Below are positions 63,901-64,000 of a DNA stretch of 64,000 bases, piece after piece. This stretch comes from Phoronis australis (Eukaryota; Animalia; Phoronida): positions 331,250 through 395,249 of the forward strand of contig NMRA01000206.1 in assembly GCA_002633005.1 (NCBI GenBank), written 5' to 3'. The notes below the pieces were generated by a model. The model did no database searches. It was not told the DNA's origin and worked only from the letters and a program-made list of their open reading frames with translations. Within the stretch, counting starts at the first letter, position 1; each line of letters opens with the position of its first letter. The position numbers and the translations under genes are program-made.

Positions 63901-64000
63901 CAATGCGTAATTTGTCTAAATTGCAGGAAAGACACAGCGCAGAAAATTACATTGGTAGCATCCGAGAAGCCCTAGACATCCTCCACAACAACGTCCCGCG
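57839..64000 (+). CDS. PLB1: Phospholipase B1-like GDSL/SGNH lipase, 5' part; exons 57839..57948, 58725..58797, 59462..59520, 59856..59923, 60197..60243, 60795..60903, 62060..62201, 63927..>64000; start exon unresolved
   Basis: Spliced protein reads [30 protein letters not shown]...YRGRSWSIGGD...TTLPNILRNLNPDLHGYS...LNVAVAGA...DMPGQA...DWKVITLFIGGNNLC...ALDILHNNVPR, the PLB1 repeat pattern; phases consistent. Confidence 0.9.
58725..58797 (+). CDS. PLB1: PLB1-like exon (..FSCEQQASPTTPTS)
   Basis: catcag|...CAG|gtaagt. Confidence 0.85.
59462..59520 (+). CDS. PLB1: PLB1-like exon with catalytic GDSI(T) block I
   Basis: [20 protein letters not shown]. Confidence 0.92.
59856..59923 (+). CDS. PLB1: PLB1-like exon
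   Basis: AGNG...YRGRSWS; AAG acceptor. Confidence 0.88.
60197..60243 (+). CDS. PLB1: PLB1-like exon
   Basis: IGGDREYSNGVTTLP. Confidence 0.88.
60795..60903 (+). CDS. PLB1: PLB1-like exon (block II, LNVAVAGA)
   Basis: NILRNLNPDLHGYS...LNVAVAGAIA. Confidence 0.9.
60873..61010. repeat. 47-bp tandem repeat (3 units) spanning a PLB1 exon donor
   Basis: Units start at 60873, 60920, 60967. Confidence 0.88.
62060..62201 (+). CDS. PLB1: PLB1-like exon (block III)
   Basis: DMPGQA...DWKVITLFIGGNNLCDFC. Confidence 0.9.
62564..62987. mobile_element. Putative MITE (~420 bp) in a PLB1 intron
   Basis: Imperfect TIRs GGTCCAGGGGTAAATAGTTATACTCGAAA / TTTCGAGTAAAAAGATTAGACCCCGGACC; internal TACTCGA repeats. 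Confidence 0.6.
63190..63360 (+). repeat. Dispersed repeat fragment, homologous to 38170-38405
   Basis: Same colinear blocks as above. Confidence 0.7.
63927..64000 (+). CDS. PLB1: PLB1-like exon (partial)
   Basis: ERHSAENYIGSIREALDILHNNVPR. Confidence 0.88.

Overview
AT-rich, intron-rich animal genomic DNA, most likely a marine invertebrate (species not determinable from sequence). There are no prokaryotic features or CRISPR arrays, and most ORFs in the supplied track are exon fragments or noise. Three spliced genes were reconstructed by hand from GT-AG boundaries with consistent phases. (1) On the minus strand, the 5' part of an LRP2/megalin-like receptor: 37 exons from the ATG at 42911 to beyond position 1, about 1,980 codons, with signal peptide, 1 LDLa, 2 EGF, 2 YWTD propellers with EGFs, 8 LDLa, 2 EGF and further propellers. 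(2) On the plus strand and divergent from it, a complete 3-coding-exon CCDC103 (DNAAF19) of 225 aa. (3) On the plus strand, the 5' part of a phospholipase B1-like GDSL/SGNH hydrolase running off the right end. Introns and intergenic DNA contain MITE-like elements, minisatellites, and two duplications next to single-N gaps that look like uncollapsed haplotypes; one of these appears to record a heterozygous transposon insertion. The most notable signal is repeated tandem duplication of exon-intron junctions into the adjacent intron ('splice-site echoes') in two unrelated genes, with copies either keeping CAG|GTAA or carrying inactivated splice dinucleotides. The LRP2-like protein also appears to have only one LDLa module in ligand-binding cluster I.
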